From Candidatus Undinarchaeota archaeon (GTDB lineage Archaea; SpSt-1190; JASMDC01), in the NCBI GenBank assembly GCA_964519305.1, contig CAZFHY010000011.1, positions 70,400-134,399 of the forward strand: 64,000 nt of DNA. The letters run 5' to 3'. The notes beneath the pieces are model-generated. The model did not search any database. It had not been told where the DNA came from and saw only the letters and a list, made by a program, of their open reading frames with translations. Every line of letters starts with the position of its first letter. Positions within the stretch are counted from its first letter, which is position 1. A program made the position numbers and the translations under genes. This document shows positions 10,023 through 19,868 of the stretch, piece by piece.

Positions 10023-10285
10023 TGCATCTGTGACCGTGTCGCGCGCACTCCTCAGAAAGGAATAAGATCCTGATTACGCACTGGAATGCAAATGTGCTGC
10101 GGTAGTCGTCGACCAGTGAGTTATCGTGGCCACGCAGACTATGGATCGGGTGGATATTCTATCTGTACGGGAGGCTCGGGTGCTACCTATGGCGGGTACG
10201 GCTCGGGAAAAAGCTATCCTCAACGGTACTGATCGGGCCGCTCAACCGCAACACTTATAGGGCGGACCCTCCGCCAAGGCGCACA

Positions 10286-10579
10286 ATGTATGCTCTGGAC
10301 GACCTCGAGACGGTCGGATATGCCGCGTCCATGGACGTGACCGGCTACTCGACGACCAACGATCTGGAGGCCGAGGACTGGGCCATGATCGGTATCGGGG
10401 CGGCTGTTGCCGTGGGTGTCGGTGCGCTCGTCTATGGGGTGGCCACAGGCAAGATAAACTGTGACCAAGAGTACTCTCCCCGCACGGGTGGCGATGATGC
10501 AGTTGACTGGTTGCTGAATCCAGCGAACCCTGCCAGCCCTATCTCGCCGCTGAACCCTGCCAGTCCCATTTGGAACTAA
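10286..10579 (+). CDS. Small hypothetical membrane protein with a C-terminal NPA(N/S)P.SP repeat.
   Basis: 97 aa. TM helix IGIGAAVAVGVGALVYGVATG. Repeat LLNPANPASPISPLNPASPIWN. The competing antisense ORF 10220..10663 is Arg-rich and less protein-like. Confidence 0.3.
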   Translation: MYALDDLETVGYAASMDVTGYSTTNDLEAEDWAMIGIGAAVAVGVGALVYGVATGKINCDQEYSPRTGGDDAVDWLLNPANPASPISPLNPASPIWN

Positions 10580-10652
10580 TGTTACTACTGCCCCGTGGTA
10601 AACTATATAAAGGGCAAATGACATAGGATAGAGAAGCAGAGAGGAGCGAACT

Positions 10653-12539
10653 ATGGAATACACCGGCGATCGGGAGGTGGACCTGCAGGCAATCCCATTG
10701 GAGGCTAAGTTGGATGCCGCCGTGGGCTACCTGCTATCGACGCCTTACGAGCAATTGGAAGCCGGTGAACGCAACCTGCGTAACCATATCCTGGCCAAGA
10801 ACGGGGCCCCTAACTATAGGGCCGGCGAGGAGCTAATCTCTACAATGGAAGGTGTCGCGTACGTCGCCAACGAGTATGGCGAGAAGGATGCGGCCAAGTT
10901 CTCAGCAGGTATACAAGCTCCTTTGACACAGATGCTCACAGTGATGGAGCGGGACGTTGAGGAGCTCTACCAAGCGGCCAACAAGGACGAGAGACAGGTG
11001 CTCGAGAAGGCCTCCTTCTCCGAGCTGTACACCCGGGTCATGGACAATCATGACTCCCATCTGCGCGAGCTCATCGACTCATCGGCTCCCTACTCCGAGA
11101 TAATGGCGAAGGCAAAGGAGTACGATGAGGAGCACACGGGCTCGCTCTCACCGGCCGCCGAGACAATACACGACTTTTCGGTCCAGGTGGACCGTGACCG
11201 TCGCGGTATATCACGACAGGCATTCCTTATCCCTTACGGCCTTGTATCCATGGGTACGGCCGCTGCAGCCGGTGACATAGCTGGTGGCCTGCACCGTATG
11301 GCCAATATCGGTGTGCTCTCATACGGACGAGAAGGCGTCCGTCGCGGTATCGAGATGGGCCAGAAGGGTACCAAATACATGGAGAAGCTCGACGGGGCCA
11401 TCGACAAGTACCTACTCGATCCCATCAACGAAAAGTTCGACAAGGACTATCATTGTGAAGCCTTTACCAAGGGCTACGAGAAGTTCCTGGACGGCGTGGA
11501 CGTTGTGAACGAGAAGATGGCACAGTACACCGGGTTCGATCTGGCGTCCACCGCAGTGTTCGGCAGCCAGATCGCCCTGGGCATCATGTCACCCTATGCT
11601 CTCATCCCACTGGCCGCGCTGATCAACGTGCCGCGACTGGGCATGTATGTCTATGACAAGTTCAAGAAGAAGGATGATGGTTCACACCTCGTGGACGAGG
11701 TCAACAAGGAGCAAGGCATGTTCTCCAAGTTCTGGAACCGGTTCAAGAGGACGCTAAACCTTGGATTCTCTGTTGGTGACCACTACGTCAATCCCCTAGC
11801 GCTCAAGGCCGGGAAGAAGGTCACCAAGGACGACCTCGATAACGAGATAATCGACGATATACTCAAAGAACTTGAAGGCCAGTACTCACCGAACGTGATA
11901 AAGGGGGTGGGCGATTACCTCCATAATAATCTGGTCCTGGGAGAGAAGGAGAAGGAGCGCATCCGTGGCGTCACCGACGCCAACCTTGGATGTGTGGTGA
12001 AGTCAAAGGTCGGCGAGCGGGACCTTAGTACCGGAAGGTACAACTGGGTGCCCGAGTACGCCGCAAAGGTCGCAACCGACCTCAAGGTGCCCTATGAAGA
12101 GGCCAAAGGTCACCGGGCCGAGACATCCCGTCATGACGACGGCACCGTCGAGGACATCCTTGTGTACAAGGCAGGCCCTGAAGGTAAGGAGGAAGCCGAA
12201 GTAGTGTACCGCCGGACCTCTAATGGGTTCGAAGGAACAATCGTGCCAATCCTCGACCGCCATGCGGGGAAGGGCGGGCTGGTGGAGGTCCCCATCTTCG
12301 AGGAGGGGAGTATCGCCCGCTACGACATGTTCGAGTACGAGGTGGGGATAACCGACCTGACAGATAAGGAAGGTGCCAAGCGAATCCTCTTCCACGAGGC
12401 CAAGCACCTGGCGCACGACCTCTCCTATTGGGAGGGCCTCAGGGGTCTCGGGGAGAAAGTAATCGCTGAGCGCCTCAAGGAGCGGCAGACACCAGCTGAC
12501 GCCCCCGATGGCCGGGCCGAGGCGGCCGGTACCGCTTAG
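10653..12539 (+). CDS. Large hypothetical protein (628 aa), K/E/D-rich, with no recognisable domain.
   Basis: Long clean ORF with good coding composition. Its lysine-rich composition differs from neighbouring genes. Confidence 0.6.
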   Translation: MEYTGDREVDLQAIPLEAKLDAAVGYLLSTPYEQLEAGERNLRNHILAKNGAPNYRAGEELISTMEGVAYVANEYGEKDAAKFSAGIQAPLTQMLTVMERDVEELYQAANKDERQVLEKASFSELYTRVMDNHDSHLRELIDSSAPYSEIMAKAKEYDEEHTGSLSPAAETIHDFSVQVDRDRRGISRQAFLIPYGLVSMGTAAAAGDIAGGLHRMANIGVLSYGREGVRRGIEMGQKGTKYMEKLDGAIDKYLLDPINEKFDKDYHCEAFTKGYEKFLDGVDVVNEKMAQYTGFDLASTAVFGSQIALGIMSPYALIPLAALINVPRLGMYVYDKFKKKDDGSHLVDEVNKEQGMFSKFWNRFKRTLNLGFSVGDHYVNPLALKAGKKVTKDDLDNEIIDDILKELEGQYSPNVIKGVGDYLHNNLVLGEKEKERIRGVTDANLGCVVKSKVGERDLSTGRYNWVPEYAAKVATDLKVPYEEAKGHRAETSRHDDGTVEDILVYKAGPEGKEEAEVVYRRTSNGFEGTIVPILDRHAGKGGLVEVPIFEEGSIARYDMFEYEVGITDLTDKEGAKRILFHEAKHLAHDLSYWEGLRGLGEKVIAERLKERQTPADAPDGRAEAAGTA

Positions 12540-12587
12540 CTCATTCCCACCAAAAGTTTCATAAAACTCCATCCTAGTGCGACCATC

Positions 12588-12872
12588 ATGTCGATGGAGG
12601 ACTACCGGACCCGCATCGATGCCGTCGATGAGCGGCTCGTGGGGGTGCTCGCTGAGCGCATGGCCCTTGTACGTGAGGTGGCCGTGTACAAGAAGGAGCA
12701 CGGGGTGGATGTCCACCAGCCGGACCGTATGCGGCAGCTCTTCGCCCGTGTGCGGGAGCTGGGCGATCCCAAGGGGCTTGATCCCGACTTCGTCGAACAG
12801 CTCTATCGGGACATAGTGGACGAGGCCATGCGAATCGAGCACGAGGTCATGGGCTCCGGGGACCGCGAATAA
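12588..12872 (+). CDS. Chorismate mutase (AroQ class).
   Basis: 94 aa. R.RID.VD..L..LLA.R…V…K motif pattern of AroQ. Confidence 0.7.
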   Translation: MSMEDYRTRIDAVDERLVGVLAERMALVREVAVYKKEHGVDVHQPDRMRQLFARVRELGDPKGLDPDFVEQLYRDIVDEAMRIEHEVMGSGDRE

Positions 12873-12942
12873 CGCTCCTGCCGCCCAAAGCCTAGATTAT
12901 TAAACCAAATCTCCCTCTGGCGGGGGCCTGGGGAAGATAATC

Positions 12943-13551
12943 ATGGATTTAGAGATAATTGATAGGAATTACGGCTCGGACTTCGACCAGCTCCTGGGCG
13001 ATGCCGAGAATAACCTCAAGGACGACAGCTTCTACCTGACCGTGGTCGACGTCTTCGGCCAATACGCCGTCGGGCTCACCTACCAGTCGGCCGAGGGCGT
13101 GTACGGCGCCGGGGCCGGTCCTCTGAGCCAGGAGGAGGCGCAGGCCATCGTAGAGAAGATCGACGAGGCCACCTCCGACACCGGGTTCGGACCGAGCTTC
13201 GCTGTGTACGAGGGCGCAGTTGCCCGGGTGGGTGACACAGTCGTCCGTGTTCATGGCACAGGGATGGGCCAGCTGTCCGACGCGACCGACGGTTACGTGG
13301 ACAAGCTCGGCCGTGACGGCGCTACGGGCGAGTTCGGCTACATGGTACAGGACACCTTCCTTTTCGGGGACATGTTCATAGGGAGCATCAGGTCGGGCGA
13401 CGATGTGTACTTCGTGTCCGGCTTCACCGATGAAGAAGCAACAAATGCCTTCCTGGGCGAGCTCGAGACCGCAGGCTACACGGTCCGCGAGGGTATAAAT
13501 CAAGATGATCTAGAGCTCCTTGAGAAGCTCAATCCCGAACAAGTGAACTAA
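12943..13551 (+). CDS. Acidic hypothetical protein (202 aa).
   Basis: Clean ORF. Very acidic (D/E/G-rich). No recognised domain. Confidence 0.5.
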   Translation: MDLEIIDRNYGSDFDQLLGDAENNLKDDSFYLTVVDVFGQYAVGLTYQSAEGVYGAGAGPLSQEEAQAIVEKIDEATSDTGFGPSFAVYEGAVARVGDTVVRVHGTGMGQLSDATDGYVDKLGRDGATGEFGYMVQDTFLFGDMFIGSIRSGDDVYFVSGFTDEEATNAFLGELETAGYTVREGINQDDLELLEKLNPEQVN

Positions 13552-13638
13552 CGACCAGTCTTCAATTACCACCCCCCAGGCCGGGGGCGGTCTACCATCC
13601 GCCCCCGGCCACCCAAACCCTTATATTGTTCCCTCACG

Positions 13639-15165
13639 GTGAGCGCCGCAGGCATGGAGGGACGAGAGCGAGCGGGCGTAAAGCGGCCCGTCTTCCGCGA
13701 ACTGTCAACGGTACCCTCACCCATCCAGCTTTTCGACGCTCTCTTCAAAGAGTGGCGTGCGGACGAGCCCTCCGTCACGGGACGCGAGGTCCGGGAAGAG
13801 CCCCCCGCGCTACTCTACAGCGGGATGGATCCCAGTGACCTCGGACGACACTCGTTCATTGCCATCCACCCCTTCGCCCGCATCATTACTAAGGGAAAAG
13901 ACATCGAGGTGTCCGACCGGGCGGGATCGGAGCATCCTGCAGCGAATCCTTTGGATGCGCTCGGATCATTGTTAAACCGATATCGTGCTGAGAAGTTACC
14001 TGGACTCCCGCCATTCCAGGGCGGTGCCGTGGGATACATCGCCTACGAGCTCAACCGTTTCATCGAGAATGTGCCGGTCAACAATCCTGATGATCTACAG
14101 GTCCCAGATATCTACTTCGTGCTGTACGACACCGTCATCGCCTACGACCATGTCTCAGGCCGTGCGTTCGTTATCTCCACCGGCTTCGTTGATAATGCCG
14201 AGGAGACGGTGCGTTCGTTGGCCGAGCGACTAGAGGCCATTACGCCGGGAACACCGCCCTGGCGTCCCCCATTCCCCCCACCCTCAGAGCCCTCGGATTC
14301 TCCCGAGGCTCTATTGGCCACCTGCGCACCATCGACAGGGGATCCTCACGTCCTAACAACCGAGGATTACGGACGACGGGTCAATATCTGTCAGGAACAT
14401 CTGTTCGCAGGGGATATCTACGAGGTCAACTTCACGCACCGCATCTCCCGCCCATATTCCAGTGACGCATGGGAGTTGTTCAAGGAGACGGCGCGTATCA
14501 ATCCCGCGCCCTTCTCAGCGTTCCTTGACCATGGCGACTTCTGGGTCGTTTCCGCCTCGCCTGAGCGCTTCTTCCTCAAGAGCGACAAGCACATGGCCTG
14601 TCGGCCCATGAAGGGGACCCGTATGCGTGGCACTACAACCGAGGAGGACGAGGCTCTGAAGAAGGATCTGGCGGCCTCCATCAAGGACCGGGCCGAGAAC
14701 CTTATGATATGCGATCTCATCCGCAACGATCTGGGCCGCATCTGCACGATCGGCTCAGTACAGGTGCCCGAGCTCATGGTGGTCGAGACCTACGCCACCG
14801 TGCACCAGATGGTGTCCAACGTCATCGGTGAGCTCGAGGACGACAAGGACATCGCGGATTGCTTGAGGGCGCTGTTCCCTGGAGGTTCCATGACAGGTGC
14901 ACCCAAGGTCAGTGCGATGGGCATCATCGATGACACCGAGAACGTGGTCCGCGGTATCTACTCCGGTTGCATTGGCTATATCGGATTAGACGGTGACGTC
15001 GACATGAACATCGTCATTCGGACCATCATACTGCGGAACGGTCGCGCCTATGTGAACACCGGCGGGGCTATCGTGGCGGACTCTACCGTCAAGGGCGAGC
15101 ACGAGGAGTCCTTGCTCAAGGCAAAAGCGCTCCTGCAGGCCATGGCGAACCAGGAGGGCATCTGA
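13639..15165 (+). CDS. Anthranilate / para-aminobenzoate synthase component I (chorismate-binding enzyme, TrpE/PabB family).
   Basis: 508 aa. Chorismate-binding C-terminal signature …FPGGSMTGAPKVSAMGII…GIYSGCIGYIGLDGDVDMNIVIRT…. Confidence 0.85.
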   Translation: MSAAGMEGRERAGVKRPVFRELSTVPSPIQLFDALFKEWRADEPSVTGREVREEPPALLYSGMDPSDLGRHSFIAIHPFARIITKGKDIEVSDRAGSEHPAANPLDALGSLLNRYRAEKLPGLPPFQGGAVGYIAYELNRFIENVPVNNPDDLQVPDIYFVLYDTVIAYDHVSGRAFVISTGFVDNAEETVRSLAERLEAITPGTPPWRPPFPPPSEPSDSPEALLATCAPSTGDPHVLTTEDYGRRVNICQEHLFAGDIYEVNFTHRISRPYSSDAWELFKETARINPAPFSAFLDHGDFWVVSASPERFFLKSDKHMACRPMKGTRMRGTTTEEDEALKKDLAASIKDRAENLMICDLIRNDLGRICTIGSVQVPELMVVETYATVHQMVSNVIGELEDDKDIADCLRALFPGGSMTGAPKVSAMGIIDDTENVVRGIYSGCIGYIGLDGDVDMNIVIRTIILRNGRAYVNTGGAIVADSTVKGEHEESLLKAKALLQAMANQEGI

Positions 15166-15767
15166 TGTACCTCCTGCTGGATAACTATGACTCCTTCACG
15201 TACAACCTCTATCAGTGGATGGTGGAGGAGGGCGCCTCTCCGATGGTCGTGCATAGGAACGACCAGATAACAGTGGACGAAGTGGACAGGTGGGTGCAGG
15301 AGGGGAAGCTCACTGCTCTGGTGGTCTCCCCCGGGCCCAGCACACCTGACGATGCGGGCATCTCCAAGGCCCTTATCGCCAGGCTCCACGGTCGTGTCCC
15401 GGTCTTCGGTGTGTGCATGGGACACCAGTGCATCACCGAGGTGTTCGGTGGACGGGTGGTGCGTGCCCGCAAACCCATGCATGGAAAAGTGGTACCCATC
15501 CACCATGACGGGAAGGGCGTGTTCAGCGGGCTCTCCAATCCATTCGATGCAACCCGCTACCATTCTCTAGTGGCCGAACCATCATCCATCCCAGCTTGTC
15601 TGGAAGTGACGGCCCATGCCGATGATGACGACATAATGGGATTGCGTCACAGGGAAGGCCTGACCATCGGTGTACAGTTCCATCCCGAGTCCATCATGAC
15701 CAAGGAAGGAAAGCGCCTGCTAAGGAACTTCATTGAACTGGTCGACGCCTACTGGGCCGAACGATGA
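15165..15767 (+). CDS. Glutamine amidotransferase, class I (TrpG/PabA component II).
   Basis: 200 aa. Motifs …PVFGVCMGHQCI… and …VQFHPES…. Start overlaps the TrpE/PabB stop (TGATG). Confidence 0.85.
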   Translation: MYLLLDNYDSFTYNLYQWMVEEGASPMVVHRNDQITVDEVDRWVQEGKLTALVVSPGPSTPDDAGISKALIARLHGRVPVFGVCMGHQCITEVFGGRVVRARKPMHGKVVPIHHDGKGVFSGLSNPFDATRYHSLVAEPSSIPACLEVTAHADDDDIMGLRHREGLTIGVQFHPESIMTKEGKRLLRNFIELVDAYWAER

Positions 15768-15776
15768 GGGGCCGCC

Positions 15777-16289
15777 CTACTTCTTCGCGGGCGCAGGGCC
15801 TGGTTTTCCGGCCCGTACCTTCTCGACCCCGGCCTTGATGGTATCCTCTCGGAATCCGGCATCCCTCAGCTGTTTGATGAGGAGATCGAGCTCGGTCTTG
15901 GGATTGGACCGGATGAAGCCGATGACCGCAGGTAGGTTGGGGTCCTCGGGCTCTACGCCCTCGGCCTCCACCGCGACCGGAGCAGCACCCTTGCCGGCCG
16001 CCGCGTTGGCGACCTCGGCGAGCTTTTCAAGGAATCGCGCCTGCATATAGTCCATCCGGAAGAACAGGAAGGAGAAACCCAGCGCCACGGACGCAAGGAT
16101 GCACAGGAAGAAAATGAACAGGATTATGAGGGTATTGAGGAGCACATTAGCAATTACGTCGAATGGCTCACCTGACTCTACGCTCATGAACATGCTCGAG
16201 ATGACGAGCGCCATAACGATTATGAGCGCTACAGCGATGCTGTAGAGAAGGGACATCTTGATTTTTTCTTCAACCATGACTAACACCAC
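15777..16289 (-). CDS. Small membrane protein (2 TM) with an A/G/P-rich C-terminal tail.
   Basis: 170-aa ORF. TM helices LLYSIAVALIIVMALVISSMF and IILFIFFLCILASVALGFSFLFF. Confidence 0.45.
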   Translation of the reverse strand: MVLVMVEEKIKMSLLYSIAVALIIVMALVISSMFMSVESGEPFDVIANVLLNTLIILFIFFLCILASVALGFSFLFFRMDYMQARFLEKLAEVANAAAGKGAAPVAVEAEGVEPEDPNLPAVIGFIRSNPKTELDLLIKQLRDAGFREDTIKAGVEKVRAGKPGPAPAKK

Positions 16290-16369
16290 CTATTAGCTGA
16301 TATGTGATACCGGGGCATGTTTTAAAAAGATAGACCCCTGCGCCGGACAATCAATCCTCCTCTATCGGA

Positions 16370-17299
16370 TTATCTGCCCATGAGGAGGGCCATGACGGCT
16401 TTCTGGACGTGAAGGCGGTTCTCTGCCTGGTCCACGACCACCGATGCGGGGGAGTCCATCACATCGCTGGTGAGCTCCTCCTCCCGGTGAGCGGGAAGGC
16501 AGTGCATAACGATCGCGCCCTTCTTGGCCTTTGCCACAAGGGCAGCGTTGACCTGATATGGAGCGAAAGCCTTCAGACGCTTAGCACGCTCCTCGTCCTT
16601 GCCCATGCTCACCCACACGTCCGTGTAGATGGCATCAGCACCGGCCACTGCTTCCTCAGGATCATTGGTGATGGTCACGTTCACGACCTCGCTGGCGCGG
16701 GATACGAACTCCTTGCGCGGTTCGAATCCCTTGGGACATCCCACTGCGATGTCGACGCCCAGTTTCGCGCAGGCATTGAGAAGGGAGTGTGTGACGTTGT
16801 TGTCGCCGTCCCCCACGAATGTCAGCTTCTTCCCATCCAACGGTCCGAGCTTCTCCCACATGGTGAACAGGTCGGTGAGCCCCTGGCAGGGGTGGAGGAG
16901 GTCGGACAATCCGTTGATCACGGGCACGCGGGACGCCTCTGCGAGCTGTGTGATGTGCTCATGGGTGAACACACGGGCCATGATCCCGTCAAGGTAACGG
17001 GACACGACACGTGCGAAGTCGGGCACGGTCTCCCCGCGGCCCAGCTGGACATCGTTCCACCCCAGATAGATTGCGTGGCCACCGAGCTGGGTCATGCCCA
17101 CCTCGAAGGATACCCTGGTCCTTGTGGAGGGTTTCTGGAAAAGCATGCCCAGTGTCTGGCCCTCCAGGAAATGATGCCGCTTCCCGGCAAAGGTCTCGAG
17201 CTTGATGTTCTCCGCGAGGCGGAAGATCTTCCAGACCTGTTCCGTTGTCAAATCCTCTATGGATGTCAGGTCCTTGATACCGAGCTTGCTGCTCATCAT
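16370..17299 (-). CDS. argF: Ornithine carbamoyltransferase.
   Basis: 309 aa. STRTR carbamoyl-P motif (FQKPSTRTRVSFE), and DxxxSMG / HCLP motifs (HCLPAHREEE). Confidence 0.9.
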   Translation of the reverse strand: MMSSKLGIKDLTSIEDLTTEQVWKIFRLAENIKLETFAGKRHHFLEGQTLGMLFQKPSTRTRVSFEVGMTQLGGHAIYLGWNDVQLGRGETVPDFARVVSRYLDGIMARVFTHEHITQLAEASRVPVINGLSDLLHPCQGLTDLFTMWEKLGPLDGKKLTFVGDGDNNVTHSLLNACAKLGVDIAVGCPKGFEPRKEFVSRASEVVNVTITNDPEEAVAGADAIYTDVWVSMGKDEERAKRLKAFAPYQVNAALVAKAKKGAIVMHCLPAHREEELTSDVMDSPASVVVDQAENRLHVQKAVMALLMGR

Positions 17300-17313
17300 C
17301 GTTCACCTCCGGT

Positions 17314-18198
17314 TCAGTCGCGCCAGTCGGTAGGCAGGCACATACATCGTGGGCCGCCGCCGCCCTTCACCAGCTCGTTGCCCTCAATCTCAAGCACCTC
17401 GATGTCGTGGGCGCGCATGCGTGCATTGGTCTCAGGATTTATGTCGTAGGCTACGACCTTGCCCCTATCGAGCCTTAGGACGTTGGTGCCCTTTGTGCGC
17501 TGTTCGCCCAGGGACACAGGGATCCAAGTGTCGATAGTGTCCAGTTCCTCGAGGGTCTCAGTGGAGAACACCGGAGGGAAGAAGAGGGCCATCCCCTTGT
17601 CTAGGATGGTGAGCACCATGTTGAGGTGGAGATAATATTTCTTTGGTACGAGCGGGACCGGTATGAGAGTGATATCACGTTCCCGGCATAGGGTCCGCAG
17701 CTGGCGGTAGCCCTCGATATTCGTTCGAGGCCCTATCCCTAGAAGGGCCGTATCATGGTCAAGGAAAGTGAAGTCGTTCCCCTCGAAGGTGGCGGGGGAC
17801 GAGAGCTTGACGGTCCTGAGCCCGAGGTTATTGAAGACGTTCTCAGCGACGATGCTCTCGGGCTGTCGCACCGGGTGCTGGAAGGATGATACAACGAACA
17901 CATCGCCCAGAGAGGTCCCAAGGTCGTTGGTGAAATACAGATTCGGATCGCGCAGTAGATGGCCGGGTCCACTGTACTTATCCCGTACCTGATGCACGGA
18001 AACGCCCTCCGATGCAAGGAGCTCGATGAATGCACGATGCTGTTGTCGCAGATTGTCGGGATTAGGCACGTCAGTGAAGTACAGTTCCTTCCGGTTGTCA
18101 GGGGTTACATCCCCCGCTTCCTCACCGGGCGTGTGAACGAGGACATTGGCGATACGTCTAAGCTTGGAAGGCATAGCTCGCTCCGAGGACGCCAACAC
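17314..18198 (-). CDS. Amidinotransferase-superfamily hydrolase (arginine deiminase / dimethylarginine dimethylaminohydrolase-like).
   Basis: 294 aa. C-terminal catalytic-Cys motif GGGPRCMCLP typical of the ADI/DDAH fold. Adjacent to an OTCase, as in arginine/citrulline catabolism. Confidence 0.55.
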   Translation of the reverse strand: MLASSERAMPSKLRRIANVLVHTPGEEAGDVTPDNRKELYFTDVPNPDNLRQQHRAFIELLASEGVSVHQVRDKYSGPGHLLRDPNLYFTNDLGTSLGDVFVVSSFQHPVRQPESIVAENVFNNLGLRTVKLSSPATFEGNDFTFLDHDTALLGIGPRTNIEGYRQLRTLCRERDITLIPVPLVPKKYYLHLNMVLTILDKGMALFFPPVFSTETLEELDTIDTWIPVSLGEQRTKGTNVLRLDRGKVVAYDINPETNARMRAHDIEVLEIEGNELVKGGGGPRCMCLPTDWRD

Positions 18199-18227
18199 TT
18201 AAAACTGTATTATCCGGATGGAGCACC

Positions 18228-19868
18228 ATGGTGTTCTGGGCTGACCAGGTCGCCGACGAGATAATCTCGCGTGACGCCTTCAAATACATCGAGCGCCCCT
18301 TCTCCACACAACGACATGAAGTGGAGACTGGGACGTCAATATCCGGGGTGCCCCACATCGGGAACGCCTCAGATATTATCCGTGGTGAGGCTATCCGACG
18401 GGCATTGGCCGAGAAAGGAGTGGATGTCACCCTTTCATGGGTGGCTGACGATATGGACCCCTTTCGCAAGGTGCCATCCAACCTGCCGCCATCGTATAAA
18501 GAGTTCATCGGCATGCCCGTCTGCTCTTTACCCGATCCCTTCGGTTGCTGCGATGGTTACGTTGACCATTACGTAAACCTCTTCATTACCAGCCTCGAGC
18601 GGTTCGGTGTACGGCCTGTCGTCCGATCCGGACGGTCGTTGTACACGACAGGTCAGCTGGCGCCCTTCGTGCGAAAGGCTCTGGAGAAACGGGACCTTGT
18701 TCGTGAGATCCTTGATAATTACCGTAAGGAGCCCCTCTCCGAGGACTGGATCCCCTACTCGCCGATATGTTCCAGTTGTGGAAAGATAGCCACGACCCGG
18801 GCGGTGTCCGTTGAGGGCGACAAGGTCGCCTATGTTTGTGAGGACACCGATGTGGCCGAGGGCACTACTGAAGTGGAGGGATGCGGCCATGAGGGGACGG
18901 CCGACATCACGAAGGGGGATGGAAAGCTCCCCTGGAAGCCTGAATGGGCCGCCCGCTGGGCGCTCTTCGGAGTAACCTGCGAGCCTTTTGGAAAGGAGCA
19001 TGCCACCATTCCGGGAGGATCATTCTGGGTGAACGGCGAGCTCTGCGAACGCGTGTTCGACTGGCCTGAACCGTATCCCGTGATATACGAGTTCGTGCTC
19101 GCTGCGGGGGGTCAGAAGATGTCCTCGTCCAAGGGGAACACGGTATCAACATGGGAGTGGCCGGAGATCGCCCCGCCAGAGGTCCTCAAGCTGTTCTTCT
19201 ACAAGAAACTCCAGAAACAACGGGAGTTCGACATAACCGAGATCCCCCGTCAGGTGGACGACCTCGACCAGCTTGAACGAGTGTTCTTTGGGCTGGAGGA
19301 AGAGGAGAACGAGAAGAAGCTCGAACACCTTCGCCGTCTATACACGATGTGCCAGGTCGATAGCGTCACTGATGCTTACACCGACCCCATCCCCTTCAGG
19401 TTCGCAGCCATAATTGCTCAGATAGTCCCGGATGACGAGAAGGAACAGCGGGCAATCGACCTACTACGCAGGACCGGCCACCTGTCCAAGGAGCTCACCG
19501 ATGATGGCCGTGCACGTGTGCGCGAGCGACTGGAGCAGGCCGGTAACTGGGTTGAGCGACACGCTCCCCCGGGATTGCGCATACTCATCACCGAGTCTGT
19601 GAGCGACGAGATAAAATCGATGCTCACACCTGAACAGCGGGCCGCTCTTCAGGACATCGCCGCCGCATTGGGCGATGAGGGGATATCGGAGGAGGATCTG
19701 AACAAGGCGATCTTCGATGCAGCGCGAGCTCATGGCCTCTCCAACAAGCAGTTGTTCGCTGCTAGTTATCGCGTTCTCCTTGGGAAGAAGTTCGGCCCCC
19801 GTCTCGCCCCCTTCCTCCTCACACTTGATCGTGACTTCGCTCGCCAGCGCCTGGGCGAGCTGGCCTAG
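18228..19868 (+). CDS. lysS: Lysyl-tRNA synthetase, class I (archaeal type).
   Basis: 546 aa. HIGN (HIGH-like) motif in GVPHIGNASD, and KMSSSKG (KMSKS-like). Confidence 0.9.
   Translation: MVFWADQVADEIISRDAFKYIERPFSTQRHEVETGTSISGVPHIGNASDIIRGEAIRRALAEKGVDVTLSWVADDMDPFRKVPSNLPPSYKEFIGMPVCSLPDPFGCCDGYVDHYVNLFITSLERFGVRPVVRSGRSLYTTGQLAPFVRKALEKRDLVREILDNYRKEPLSEDWIPYSPICSSCGKIATTRAVSVEGDKVAYVCEDTDVAEGTTEVEGCGHEGTADITKGDGKLPWKPEWAARWALFGVTCEPFGKEHATIPGGSFWVNGELCERVFDWPEPYPVIYEFVLAAGGQKMSSSKGNTVSTWEWPEIAPPEVLKLFFYKKLQKQREFDITEIPRQVDDLDQLERVFFGLEEEENEKKLEHLRRLYTMCQVDSVTDAYTDPIPFRFAAIIAQIVPDDEKEQRAIDLLRRTGHLSKELTDDGRARVRERLEQAGNWVERHAPPGLRILITESVSDEIKSMLTPEQRAALQDIAAALGDEGISEEDLNKAIFDAARAHGLSNKQLFAASYRVLLGKKFGPRLAPFLLTLDRDFARQRLGELA

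Noticed and set aside
12003-12842. 279-aa minus-strand ORF.
   Set aside because: It is antisense to the 628-aa hypothetical protein and to chorismate mutase. His/Pro/Gly-rich antisense-type composition.
16409-17449. 346-aa + strand ORF.
   Set aside because: It is antisense to argF and the amidinotransferase gene, both of which have clear family motifs. Arg/His-rich junk composition.
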